Of a stretch of DNA of 64,000 bases, positions 48,491 through 58,066 are shown in pieces; within the stretch, counting starts at the first letter, position 1; every line of letters begins with the position of its first letter. This DNA comes from an uncultured Nakamurella sp. (lineage in GTDB: Bacteria > Actinomycetota > Actinomycetes > Mycobacteriales > Nakamurellaceae), in NCBI GenBank assembly GCA_964250735.1, contig CAXUHA010000011.1, forward strand, positions 25,102 through 89,101. The letters run 5' to 3'. Both the position numbers and the translations under genes were made by a program. The notes under the pieces are model-generated. The model was not told the origin of the DNA. It did not search any database and saw only the letters and a program-made list of their open reading frames with translations.

Positions 48491-49456
48491 TCAGCCGGTC
48501 TCCTCGGTCAGCTCGGCGGCCCAGGGCGGATCGGCTCCGGCCCGCGAGCAGTTGATGGCCGACACCCTGGACGCGAAGACCAGCGCCTCGGTGAGCGCGG
48601 TCCGGTCCAGGTCGTCCAGTCGACCACCCAATTGCCCGGCCTGGGCCAGGTGATGCAGCATGCCGCCGTGGAACGAGTCGCCGGCCCCCACCGTGTCGAC
48701 CAGGACGGTCGGCGCGATGGGTACCCGAACCTGATCACCGCGCAGCGAGGCGAACGCGCCCGCGGCGCCGAGGCTGACCACCACCAACGGCACACCCATC
48801 CCGTGCAGATGAGCCGCCGCCTGCTCCGGACTCCAACCGGGCCAGAGTTGGTCGAGGTCGTCCTCGGACAGGCGGACGATGTCCGACAGGGCCGCCCACC
48901 GGTCGATGACACCGCGATAGGTCTCCACCGGAACCAGTTGGGTGCGTAGGTTCGGGTCGACCGACACGGTCAGCGCCGTCCTCGCCCGGAACAGCAGGTT
49001 TTCGATGACCCGGCCGGACGGCTGGAGAGCCAGGGCCAGCGTGCCGGTGTGGACGGCCACCGGCCGCTCGTCGTCGGGGAAGGGCCCGTCGATCAGCGGA
49101 GCGAGAGTCTCGTCGGTCCAGGCCCAGTCGGCGGTGCCCGTGGTGTAGAACTCGTAGGACGCGGCCCCGGAGTCGTCGAGTTTGGCGATGGCCAGCGTGG
49201 CCGGTTCGGTTGCCGATTCCGACGCGCTCAGGTCAACACCCGACGCCTCCAATTTCGCTCGGCACAGGTCCCCGAGAGCGCCGGTGGACAGGCGTCCGGC
49301 AAACCGGGCGGTGCTGCCCAGACGCGCCACCGTGACCGCGAAATTGGCCGGGCCACCCCCTGGGTGAACGGTCAGATGTGCTGCCCCGTCCTCGATTCCG
49401 TCGGGAGGCAGGACGGCATCGGCGACGACCTCGCCGACAACGGCAATGGTGGGCAT
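48491..49456 (-). CDS. PfkB-family carbohydrate kinase (fructokinase-like)
   Basis: GGGPAN.A, DPNLR, DTVGAGDSF. Confidence 0.92.
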   Translation of the reverse strand: MPTIAVVGEVVADAVLPPDGIEDGAAHLTVHPGGGPANFAVTVARLGSTARFAGRLSTGALGDLCRAKLEASGVDLSASESATEPATLAIAKLDDSGAASYEFYTTGTADWAWTDETLAPLIDGPFPDDERPVAVHTGTLALALQPSGRVIENLLFRARTALTVSVDPNLRTQLVPVETYRGVIDRWAALSDIVRLSEDDLDQLWPGWSPEQAAAHLHGMGVPLVVVSLGAAGAFASLRGDQVRVPIAPTVLVDTVGAGDSFHGGMLHHLAQAGQLGGRLDDLDRTALTEALVFASRVSAINCSRAGADPPWAAELTEETG

Positions 49457-49587
49457 GAGACTCCTGGGTCGGGACGGCAGCGCTGCGGTGCGCATGGGGA
49501 TCGGGGTAGGTCGGGTGGTCTTGGGTGGTCTCGGGGGGCGCGGGTGCGCAAACCCTATCCCCGGCGCCGGCGCGCCGTTTCGTCGAG

Positions 49588-49935
49588 TCAACCCCAGCCG
49601 AGTTCGTCCAACCGGTCGTCGTCGATGCCGAAGTGGTGCGCCACCTCGTGGATGACGGTGGTGGCCACCTGCGTCCGGGCGGCATCGGCGTCCGCGGCAT
49701 GGGCCAGGATCGTCTGCCGATAGATGGTGATGGTGTCCGGCAGCGACCAGGAGTAGTTGGAGGTCCGCGAGGTGAGCGCGACGCCGTGGTAGAGCCCGTA
49801 CAACGCCTGGGTCGGGTGATGGTCCTCGACCAGGACGACGACGTTGTCCATGGCCCGGGCGAAATCGCGCGGAATGAGATCGAGAGCCTCGGACACCAGT
49901 CCGTCGAACTCCGCGTCCGACATCGTCACCGCCAT
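49588..49935 (-). CDS. Zincin-like metallopeptidase-family protein
   Basis: [26 protein letters not shown]. Confidence 0.9.
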   Translation of the reverse strand: MAVTMSDAEFDGLVSEALDLIPRDFARAMDNVVVLVEDHHPTQALYGLYHGVALTSRTSNYSWSLPDTITIYRQTILAHAADADAARTQVATTVIHEVAHHFGIDDDRLDELGWG

Positions 49936-50028
49936 GAGTCCATGATGCAACCGACGCCTCCGGCCGTGACGCCCCGGGCCGGGTTTCGGGGGTTCGGTCG
50001 GCCGGTAGGCGGCGTTAGGCTCATCGAC

Positions 50029-51294
50029 GTGATCGACCTGCGCATCCTGCGAGAAAACCCCGAACGGGCCCGCGCCTCCCAGACAGCCAGGGGCGCGGAT
50101 CCATCGGTGGTCGACCAGTTGCTGGCGGCGGACGCCGAGCGCCGGGCGGCGGTGGCCGCCGCCGATTCGCTACGCGCCGAGCAGAAGGCCTTCGGTCGCA
50201 CCGTCGGTCGGGCGAGCGCGGACGAACGGCCGGCCCTGCTCCGCCGGGGCGGGGATCTGGCCGCGCAGGTGCGCGCGGCGGAGGCGACTGCGAACGTGGC
50301 GAACGAGGTGTTGCTGGCCGCGCACAAGGCCATGCCGAACGTCATCGAGGACGGTGCGCCGTCGGGGGGTGAGCAGGACTTCGTCGTGCTCGAGCACGTC
50401 GGTTCCCCCCCCACCCTGGACTTCGCACCGAAGGACCACCTGGAAATCGGTGAGGCTCTCGGGGCGATCGACATGGCCCGGGGCGCAAAGGTTTCCGGTG
50501 CCCGCTTCTATTTTCTCCGCGGCGTCGGCGCCCGGTTGCAGTGGGCCATGCTGAATCTGGCCATGTCCAAGGCGATCGGTAACGGCTTCATCCCGATGAT
50601 CCCGCCCGTCCTGGTCAAGCCGGAGGCCATGGAGGGCACCGGTTTTCTGGGTGAGCACGCCGACGAGGTCTACCGTTTGGCGGCGGATGACCTGTACCTG
50701 GTCGGCACCTCGGAGGTGCCGTTGGCGGCGTACCACGCCGACGAGATCTTAGACCTGTCCAAGGGGCCCATCCGTTACGTCGGGTGGTCCACCTGCTTTC
50801 GTCGCGAGGCCGGTTCCTACGGCAAGGACACTCGCGGCATCATCCGGGTCCACCAGTTCGACAAGATCGAGATGTTCTCCTACTGCCGCCCCGAGGATGC
50901 GGCCGAAGAGCATCAGCGACTGCTCGCATTCGAGCGGGAGATGTTGGACGCGGTCGAGGTTCCCTATCGCATCATCGATGTCGCCGCCGGCGATCTGGGA
51001 ACCTCCGCCGCCCGCAAATTCGACTGCGAAGCGTGGGTGCCGACCCAGCAGACCTACCGCGAGCTGACCTCCACCTCCAACTGCACCACGTTCCAGGCCC
51101 GCCGGCTCGGCGTGCGCTACCGCGACGAGGACGGCAAGCCTGCGGTGGCAGCCACTCTCAACGGCACTCTGGCCACCACCCGCTGGATGGTGGCCATCCT
51201 GGAGAACAATCAGCAGGCCGACGGATCCGTCCGGGTTCCCCTCGAGCTGCGTCCCGGCCTGGGTGGCCTCGAGGTGCTCGAGCCGATCGGCTGA
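50029..51294 (+). CDS. serS: Seryl-tRNA synthetase
   Basis: [39 protein letters not shown]. Confidence 0.98.
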   Translation: MIDLRILRENPERARASQTARGADPSVVDQLLAADAERRAAVAAADSLRAEQKAFGRTVGRASADERPALLRRGGDLAAQVRAAEATANVANEVLLAAHKAMPNVIEDGAPSGGEQDFVVLEHVGSPPTLDFAPKDHLEIGEALGAIDMARGAKVSGARFYFLRGVGARLQWAMLNLAMSKAIGNGFIPMIPPVLVKPEAMEGTGFLGEHADEVYRLAADDLYLVGTSEVPLAAYHADEILDLSKGPIRYVGWSTCFRREAGSYGKDTRGIIRVHQFDKIEMFSYCRPEDAAEEHQRLLAFEREMLDAVEVPYRIIDVAAGDLGTSAARKFDCEAWVPTQQTYRELTSTSNCTTFQARRLGVRYRDEDGKPAVAATLNGTLATTRWMVAILENNQQADGSVRVPLELRPGLGGLEVLEPIG

Positions 51295-51435
51295 CCCTCC
51301 GCCGCCGCCTCGCACCCCTGTTTCGCGCTGATCAACTTCGCCCACACCCCTGAACCGGTCGATTCGCCTCACTCCAGCCCCAAAACCGCCACGATCGGGA
51401 GCGCAGTGAGCCGGGACGATCTTCACGCCGGAGGG

Positions 51436-51957
51436 TCAGTTCCGCAGCAGGTGCACGACGGTGATCAGGCCGAGAACGACAGCGGCGGTGCCGGCGGTGA
51501 ACAGCATCACCGACAGGCGGCCGAAACGGGTGCCTCCCCGCCGCGGATCGACGATCGCATCGATCGGAATGACGCAGAAGACGCCGAACCACAGCAGCGC
51601 ACCGATCACCGCCACCCACCAGCCGTTCACACCCCAGACATTTTCGTGCGACAGGCCGGCCGAGAACCCGGTCGCCAGGCAGAAGCCGCCGACGGCCGCC
51701 ACCAGAATCCCCGGCAGCGCGCCGATCCTGCCCCACCGGCCGGGGAATCGTCGGCCGCCGACGCGGGCGTCGGCGTACTCCGCTGGATCACCGAAGGCAT
51801 CCTGTGCGGACTCACCGCTTTCGGCCACGTGGGCTTCGATCTCGGCAATGATCTCGCCGATCTGCGAGCCCGGCATGTTCTTCATGCGCAACAGGTAGAT
51901 CAACTTCGTGGTGTACTCGTCAGTGGTCAGGCTGCGGCCGGTCGAATTGTTGGTCAC
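51436..51957 (-). CDS. HAAS-like domain membrane protein
   Basis: IGEIIAEIEAHVAESGESAQDAFGDPAEYA followed by three TM helices; coupled to padR. Confidence 0.72.
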   Translation of the reverse strand: MTNNSTGRSLTTDEYTTKLIYLLRMKNMPGSQIGEIIAEIEAHVAESGESAQDAFGDPAEYADARVGGRRFPGRWGRIGALPGILVAAVGGFCLATGFSAGLSHENVWGVNGWWVAVIGALLWFGVFCVIPIDAIVDPRRGGTRFGRLSVMLFTAGTAAVVLGLITVVHLLRN

Positions 51958-52364
51958 TGAAATCCTCCTGTCAATTGCACTCGGCTGCCCGGATGGTCAT
52001 CCGGAGGTAGGCGAGTTGTTGCGCGGGAATCGGTCTGGTCGATCAGGGCAGCAACGGTGTCCGTCCAGTTGTGCCAGTGCTCGCGCCGCTTCCGGTGCTC
52101 GGTGCGGCCCTTGTCGGTGACGGTGACCAGCTTGCGTCCGGGGCCGCCCGCGCCGTCCACCCATCGGGCGTCGATCAGGCCCTGCTCTTCGAGTCGGGCA
52201 ATCACCGGGTAGAGCGTTCCGCCCTTGATCTCGCCGAGGCCCGCCATGTGCAAGGTGCGGACGATCTCGTATCCATGCGTGGTACCGGCCCGAGTGATGA
52301 CGGCGAGCACGCACATTTCCAGGGCTGCTCTGGTCCAGGAGGGCGGCCAGTTGTCATCGGGCAT
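51954..52364 (-). CDS. PadR-family regulator
   Basis: HGYEI, GTLYPVIARLE..GLI, GPGRK...VTDKG. Confidence 0.93.
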   Translation of the reverse strand: MPDDNWPPSWTRAALEMCVLAVITRAGTTHGYEIVRTLHMAGLGEIKGGTLYPVIARLEEQGLIDARWVDGAGGPGRKLVTVTDKGRTEHRKRREHWHNWTDTVAALIDQTDSRATTRLPPDDHPGSRVQLTGGFQ

Positions 52365-52410
52365 ACCTAGACAGTACTGCGATCTAGTCAGTCTAACAAC
52401 CTAGAAGCGA

Positions 52411-52914
52411 CTACTGGGCGTTGGAGGCGATCTCCACCGGCGGGTGCGCCGACCAGGGAAAGGTGATCCACAGCTCGGTCTCCCGCCAGGAATAGTCGGG
52501 AATCAGAATGGTGCGGGGCTTGGTGTACAGAACGGCCGACCGGGCGTGCGCCCCGTGCTGCTTCATCAGGCCCATCACCAACGCCAGGGTGCGGCCGGAA
52601 TCGGCGACATCGTCCACCACCAAGAGCTTCTTGCCTTTGATCGCCGCGGTGTCGAGCATCGGCTCCAAGACGACCGGGTCGGGCAGCGTTTCTTCGATGT
52701 CGGAGTAGAACTCGACGTTCAACGTCCCGGCCGCCTTGGTGCCCAACGCATAGGCCAGCGCTCCGGCGGGCAACAGCCCGCCCCGGGCGACCGCGATCAC
52801 CATCTCCGCAGCGAACCCGCTGTCGGCGATCTGCTGGGCCAGCTGACGGGAGGCCACTCCGAAGCGCTCCCAGGTCAGCACTTCACGGGCGGGGGCGGGC
52901 GGCAGCGAGACCAT
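52411..52914 (-). CDS. Type I phosphoribosyltransferase (purine PRT-like)
   Basis: VARGGL, LVVDDVADSGRT, WITFPW. Confidence 0.9.
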   Translation of the reverse strand: MVSLPPAPAREVLTWERFGVASRQLAQQIADSGFAAEMVIAVARGGLLPAGALAYALGTKAAGTLNVEFYSDIEETLPDPVVLEPMLDTAAIKGKKLLVVDDVADSGRTLALVMGLMKQHGAHARSAVLYTKPRTILIPDYSWRETELWITFPWSAHPPVEIASNAQ

Positions 52915-52974
52915 AGGCAGAACCTACCGCCCGCGGGACGAGCGCGGTCGACTCCCTATGGCTACACTGGAGGA

Positions 52975-53268
52975 ATGAAAGTAGCTACATCCGATGATCA
53001 CCAGCCGGTCGGCGTGCGCGATCTGAAGAATCGACTGAGTGCGTACCTCGACCTGGTCAAGAGCGGCCAGGAGATCGTGGTGACCGAACATGGACGCCCG
53101 ATCGCGAAGTTGAGTCCGGTGAACGCCGACGTCGACCGGATGGCCGCCCTGGTGGAAGCGGGCATTGTGCAACCACCCCGGTCACGCGCACGACGACTAC
53201 CCACCGAGCGAGTCACCCTGGTGGGCAGCAGCTCCATGGACGCTGACGTTGCCGCGCAGCGCAGGTGA
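52975..53268 (+). CDS. Phd-family antitoxin
   Basis: VGVRDLKNRLSAYLDLVKSGQEIVVTEHGRPIAKL; GTGA overlap with the toxin. Confidence 0.9.
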   Translation: MKVATSDDHQPVGVRDLKNRLSAYLDLVKSGQEIVVTEHGRPIAKLSPVNADVDRMAALVEAGIVQPPRSRARRLPTERVTLVGSSSMDADVAAQRR

Positions 53269-53684
53269 TCGCCTACTTCGACACGTCGATGCTGGTCAAG
53301 CTCTTGGTCGATGACGAGGCGTACCGACCCGATGCGGAGCGGGTCTGGCTGGCCGCGGACCACGTCGCCTGTGCCGAGATCGGTTACGTCGAGGCGCGCG
53401 CAGCGCTGGCCGCCGCGCACCGAGGCGAACGTCTCGACGCCGCCGAAATGCACACCGCCAAGACCCAATTGGAAGCGCTGTGGGACCAGCTGAGCGTCGT
53501 TGCAGTCGACACCACACTGGTGCGCGCCGCCGGCGACATCGCCGACATCGACGGGCTCCGGGGCTACGATGCCGTGCACTTGGCGGCTGCGGTAGCCGTG
53601 CGGGCCACCGTCGTCGCCAGTGCCGATCGGCAGTTGGTCCGGGCCGCTCGAAGCCGGGGATTCGCCGTGGTGCAACCCCGATAA
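53265..53684 (+). CDS. vapC: VapC PIN-domain toxin
   Basis: YFDTSMLVKL, VEARAAL, LRGYDAVHLAAA, SADRQL. Confidence 0.92.
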   Translation: MIAYFDTSMLVKLLVDDEAYRPDAERVWLAADHVACAEIGYVEARAALAAAHRGERLDAAEMHTAKTQLEALWDQLSVVAVDTTLVRAAGDIADIDGLRGYDAVHLAAAVAVRATVVASADRQLVRAARSRGFAVVQPR

Positions 53685-53727
53685 CCGTGGTGCAACCCCG
53701 ATAACCGTGGTGCAACCCCGATAACCG
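53665..53727. repeat. 20-bp perfect tandem repeat, 3 copies
   Basis: CCGTGGTGCAACCCCGATAA x3 plus CCG; copy 1 ends in the vapC TAA. Confidence 0.95.
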
Positions 53728-53809
53728 GACCGTGTGCGGAACGACGGCGTAACAAGTGCGTCATCCGGTGGACCCGGGAAGACAACGTGGTCTTGGCAAC
53801 GTTGGTGCG

Positions 53810-55138
53810 ATGGACCTGGCCATCCGTGCCCCGCGAGCGATGATCGACGGCGTGGAGCGACCGGCCGCCATTTCGGTGCGGCACGGAACAATCGTGGCCA
53901 TCGACGATTTCGCGGTCGTTCCGGCGGCGCCGAAAGTGGTGACGCTGCCCGACGACGTGGTCCTCATTCCCGGGCTGGTCGACACCCACGTACACATCAA
54001 CGAGCCCGGCCGCACCGAATGGGAGGGATTCGAGACGGCGACCGCCGCGGCCGCCGCCGCCGGGGTGACCACCGTCATCGACATGCCGTTGAATTCGCTG
54101 CCGCCCACCCTCACCACAGCCGCGTTGGCCGCCAAGCGCAAGGTCGCCCGTGGTCGGTGCCACGTCGACGTGGGCTTCTGGGGCGGCTCGGTGCCGACCA
54201 ACATCGATGATCTGCCAGAGTTGTTCGCGGCCGGTGTCTTCGGCGTGAAGTGCTTCCTGCACGACTCCGGAGTGCCGGAGTTCCCGCCGTTGTCCGCCGC
54301 TGAGCTGCACCGGGCGATGGCCGTGATCGCCGGCCTGGGCGGGTTGATGCTGGTGCACGCCGAAGACCCAGGCGTGCTCCATCTCTCGCCCACCCCGCAA
54401 GGCCGGAGCTACTCCGCGTTCGTCGACTCCCGGCCGGACACGGCCGAGGCGACCGCCATCGCCACCGTCGTCAAGGCCTGCGCCGCGACCGGGTGCCGGG
54501 CGCACATCGTGCATCTCTCGTCCGCCGCCGGGGCGCACATCGTCCGCGAAGCCAAGGCTGCCGGCCTGCCCATCACCGCGGAAACGTGTCCGCACTATCT
54601 GACCCTGGCCGCCGAACACATTCCGGACGGATCCCCGCAGTTCAAGTGCTGTCCGCCCATCCGGGGCGGTGCTGATCAGGACGCGCTGTGGACCGCGCTG
54701 GCGGACGGCACCATCGACATCGTGGTCACCGACCATTCGCCGTCGACGCCCGCGCTCAAGCTGCTGGACGTGGGTGACCTCGGGCTGGCCTGGGGCGGGA
54801 TCGCCTCGCTGCAGTTCGGTTTCGCGGCGGTCCTGGCCGAGGCGGCGCGGCGAGATGTCCCACTGGCCGACGTCCTGGGCTGGATGTCGACCGGCCCGGC
54901 CGACCTGGCCGGACTGGCCAAGAAGGGACGGATCGCCGTCGGGGCCGACGCCGACCTGGTGGTTCTGGCGGACCGTGAGACGTTCACCGTGACCCGTGAG
55001 TCCATCAGGCACAAACACCCCATCACGCCTTACCTCGGCGCTGAGCTACGGGGTGTGGTGCGTACACGGTGGTTGCGTGGAACCGAACTCGAGGACGACA
55101 TGGTCGCCGGCCGGCTGTTGAGCAGGCCTTCGGGGTAG
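53810..55138 (+). CDS. allB: Allantoinase
   Basis: DTHVHINEPGRTEWEGF, DMPLNS, ETCPHYL, FKCCPPIR, DHSP, AWGGI. Confidence 0.95.
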   Translation: MDLAIRAPRAMIDGVERPAAISVRHGTIVAIDDFAVVPAAPKVVTLPDDVVLIPGLVDTHVHINEPGRTEWEGFETATAAAAAAGVTTVIDMPLNSLPPTLTTAALAAKRKVARGRCHVDVGFWGGSVPTNIDDLPELFAAGVFGVKCFLHDSGVPEFPPLSAAELHRAMAVIAGLGGLMLVHAEDPGVLHLSPTPQGRSYSAFVDSRPDTAEATAIATVVKACAATGCRAHIVHLSSAAGAHIVREAKAAGLPITAETCPHYLTLAAEHIPDGSPQFKCCPPIRGGADQDALWTALADGTIDIVVTDHSPSTPALKLLDVGDLGLAWGGIASLQFGFAAVLAEAARRDVPLADVLGWMSTGPADLAGLAKKGRIAVGADADLVVLADRETFTVTRESIRHKHPITPYLGAELRGVVRTRWLRGTELEDDMVAGRLLSRPSG

Positions 55139-55149
55139 GGTCTGGGCTC

Positions 55150-56232
55150 GTGAAACGCACCGATCTCGACCTTGCCTCGCGGGCCCTGGGCGGCTCGGTG
55201 CGCTGGGTCAGTGACGAATTCTTCGCCCCCTGCGAGGCGCTGATCCAGCCGTGGGCGCCGCTGCACGACACCCTGGAGTTCGGTCCGCACGGCAAGATCT
55301 ACGACGGGTGGGAAACCCGGCGCCGTCGCACCCCCGGCTACGACTGGGCGGTGGTGGCCCTCGGTGTGCCCGGTGTGCTGCACGAGATCGTCATCGACAC
55401 CGCCTTTTTCACCGGAAACTACCCGCCGGAAGTCTCCGTCGAGGCCACCTGGCTGGACGGCAACCCGTCCATGGACGAACTGGCGAAGGCGGACTGGGTC
55501 ACCGTGGTCCCGCAGTCCGCGGCCCGCGGTAACACCGCCAACACCTATCGGGTGCACAATCACTGGGCGTTCAGCCACGTGCGGTTGAACATCTTTCCCG
55601 ACGGTGGAGTGGCCCGGTTACGGGTTCGCGGCACGGCCGTTCCGGACCCGCGGGTGCTCGGCAACCGGATCGATCTGGCCGCCCTGCACAACGGCGGTGA
55701 CATCGCCGAATGCTCGGACATGTTCTATTCCGATGCCCGCCAGGTCCTGTATCCGGGGGTGGCCCGGTCGATGTCCGAGGGTTGGGAAACGGCACGACGT
55801 CGCACCGCCGGCAACGACTATCTGGTCGTCACCCTGGCCGGTCCGTCCCGGCTTTCCTACGTCGACATCGACACCGGCTACTTTCTCGGCAATGCGCCCG
55901 GTCGGGTGCGGCTGTCCGGGCGCACCGACGAGGAAGCCTCCTGGCACGAAATTCTGCCCGAGTCGAACATTTCCCCGGACGGGCACAACCGGTTCCGGGT
56001 GACGTCCGCGGAAACCGTGTCGGCGGTACGGGTGGACGTTTACCCGGACGGCGGTTTTTCCCGGCTGCATCTGATGGGTGAATTGGCCGGCGAGGCCCTG
56101 GCCGGGGCGATCGCCCACTGGCTGCGACTGCTGCCGTCCCCCGCTTACGCCAAGGTGCTGAAAGGCGCGGCAATAGAGCAGGCCCCGGTCCGGACCCTGA
56201 CGGCCCAACAACTCCTTCGCCTCGCCTGGTAA
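55150..56232 (+). CDS. alc: Allantoicase
   Basis: Two internal repeats: DGWETRRRR / EGWETARRR and PDGGVARLR / PDGGFSRL. Confidence 0.94.
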   Translation: MKRTDLDLASRALGGSVRWVSDEFFAPCEALIQPWAPLHDTLEFGPHGKIYDGWETRRRRTPGYDWAVVALGVPGVLHEIVIDTAFFTGNYPPEVSVEATWLDGNPSMDELAKADWVTVVPQSAARGNTANTYRVHNHWAFSHVRLNIFPDGGVARLRVRGTAVPDPRVLGNRIDLAALHNGGDIAECSDMFYSDARQVLYPGVARSMSEGWETARRRTAGNDYLVVTLAGPSRLSYVDIDTGYFLGNAPGRVRLSGRTDEEASWHEILPESNISPDGHNRFRVTSAETVSAVRVDVYPDGGFSRLHLMGELAGEALAGAIAHWLRLLPSPAYAKVLKGAAIEQAPVRTLTAQQLLRLAW

Positions 56233-56436
56233 TAACCGGATGGAGGTCGGCCGCCATTCCGGGGCGCAGGTGGGAACGATTTCAGACCCGCCGAAGATAT
56301 ATTCTCGCCGTCATCGACGCGCAACACGGTCTCGATAATCTCCTCCTCGTTGTCGTGTCGGGCGCTGCGCATCTGGTCGGCAGGGGGCCCCCACGCGGTT
56401 GATCCGAAAACTCGAGCGCCTTCGCAAGGAGTACCG

Positions 56437-58023
56437 ATGACCGACATGTCCACCCGCTCAACGACATCAGCCGGCGCCAGCCCGGTGATTCCGGCGCAAG
56501 CTACCGGAGGAACATCCGATCACCCTACGCACGGTCACGCCGAGCCGAGCGAACTCGGCGGCCTGATCAAGCCCGGCTACGACCCCCGGCTCACCAACGA
56601 GGATTTGGCGCCGCTCAAGAAGCAGACCTGGAAGTCGTACGCATTCTTCGCCTTCTGGATGTCCGACGTGCACAGCGTCGGCGGATACGTTACGGCGGGA
56701 AGCCTTTTCGCGCTGGGCCTGGCGGCCTGGCAGGTGTTGATCGCGCTACTGGTCGGCATCGTCATCGTCTACTTCCTGTGCAATCTGGTGGCCCGCCCCA
56801 GCCATGCCACTGGCACCCCCTACCCGGTGGCCTCGCGTATCCCGTTCGGCGTCCTCGGCGCCAATGTCCCGGCCATCATTCGTGGATTGATCGCCGTGGC
56901 CTGGTACGGGATTCAGACCTATCTCGCCTCCCACTCGCTTGTCCTTCTGGCCGTGAAGATCTGGCCCGGAGTCGCGCCGTGGTCCGACAAGGCCCAGCAC
57001 GGCTTCGTGGGCCTGTCCGCCCTGGGCTGGGCTGCGTTCATGATCATGTGGGTGGCGCAGGCGATCGTCTTCTGGCGGGGCATGGAATCGATCCGCAAGT
57101 TCATCGACTTCTGTGGTCCGGCGGTCTATGTGGTGATGTTCGCCCTGGCCGTCTATCTGGTGGTCAAAGCCGGCTGGAGCAACATCAACTTCAACCTCGC
57201 CGAAGGCGGCCTGACCCTGACCGGCTGGGCCAGCATCCCGGTCCTGCTCTCCTCCATTGCCCTTGTCGTCTCCTACTTCTCCGGGCCGATGCTCAACTAC
57301 GGTGACTTCGCCCGGTACGGCAGGTCTTTCAGTGCTATCAAGCGCGGCAACTTCCTCGGCCTGCCGGTGAACTTCATCGTCTTCTCGCTGCTGGTCGTCG
57401 TCACGGCCGCCGCGACCAGGCCGGTCTTCGGCGAGCTGTCGACCGACCCGGTGGAAACGGTCGCCAAACTGGATTCGGTCACCGCGGTGATCATCGGGGC
57501 GCTCACCTTCATGATCGCCACCGTGGGCATCAACATCGTCGCGAACTTCATCTCGCCGGCCTTCGATTTCTCGAACGTCAACCCGCAGAAGATCTCCTGG
57601 CGCATGGGCGGGATGATCGCCGCCGTCGGCTCGGTGTTGATCACCCCGTGGAATCTGTACAACAGCCCCAACACCATTCATTACACGTTGGACATCCTCG
57701 GCTGCTTCATCGGACCGCTGTACGGCGTGCTGATCGCCGATTACTACCTGATCAAGAAGCGCCGGGTGGTCATCGACGACCTGTACACGTTGAGCCCCCA
57801 GGGCCGGTATCACTACATGCACGGCTACAACCCGGTGGCGATCGGCGCCACCCTGGTCGGGGCTGTGGTCGGCGTTGTCATCGTGTTCTTCGCCTCGTCC
57901 GGCATGGCCGCCTACACCTGGTTCATCTGCGCCGCGATCGGTTTCGTCGTGCATTACGTCGGTACCGCCATCGTGAAGAATTCGGTGCCGGTGGATGACC
58001 TCCCCGCCGCGGTCGCCGGCTGA
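56437..58023 (+). CDS. NCS1 nucleobase:cation symporter (allantoin permease-like)
   Basis: NEDLAP, WMSDVHS, WYGIQT, NIVANF, PWNL; about 12 TM segments. Confidence 0.93.
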   Translation: MTDMSTRSTTSAGASPVIPAQATGGTSDHPTHGHAEPSELGGLIKPGYDPRLTNEDLAPLKKQTWKSYAFFAFWMSDVHSVGGYVTAGSLFALGLAAWQVLIALLVGIVIVYFLCNLVARPSHATGTPYPVASRIPFGVLGANVPAIIRGLIAVAWYGIQTYLASHSLVLLAVKIWPGVAPWSDKAQHGFVGLSALGWAAFMIMWVAQAIVFWRGMESIRKFIDFCGPAVYVVMFALAVYLVVKAGWSNINFNLAEGGLTLTGWASIPVLLSSIALVVSYFSGPMLNYGDFARYGRSFSAIKRGNFLGLPVNFIVFSLLVVVTAAATRPVFGELSTDPVETVAKLDSVTAVIIGALTFMIATVGINIVANFISPAFDFSNVNPQKISWRMGGMIAAVGSVLITPWNLYNSPNTIHYTLDILGCFIGPLYGVLIADYYLIKKRRVVIDDLYTLSPQGRYHYMHGYNPVAIGATLVGAVVGVVIVFFASSGMAAYTWFICAAIGFVVHYVGTAIVKNSVPVDDLPAAVAG

Positions 58024-58066
58024 CCACGGCGCCGCCCGAGGCTGATTCGAAAGAGGGGTCACGTCG

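Noticed and set aside
51295-51435. tRNA gene or attachment site after serS
   Set aside because: No cloverleaf or GTTCGA T-loop motif seen.
53665-53727. 20-bp repeats as a mini-CRISPR
   Set aside because: Units are contiguous with no spacers, and there are no cas genes.
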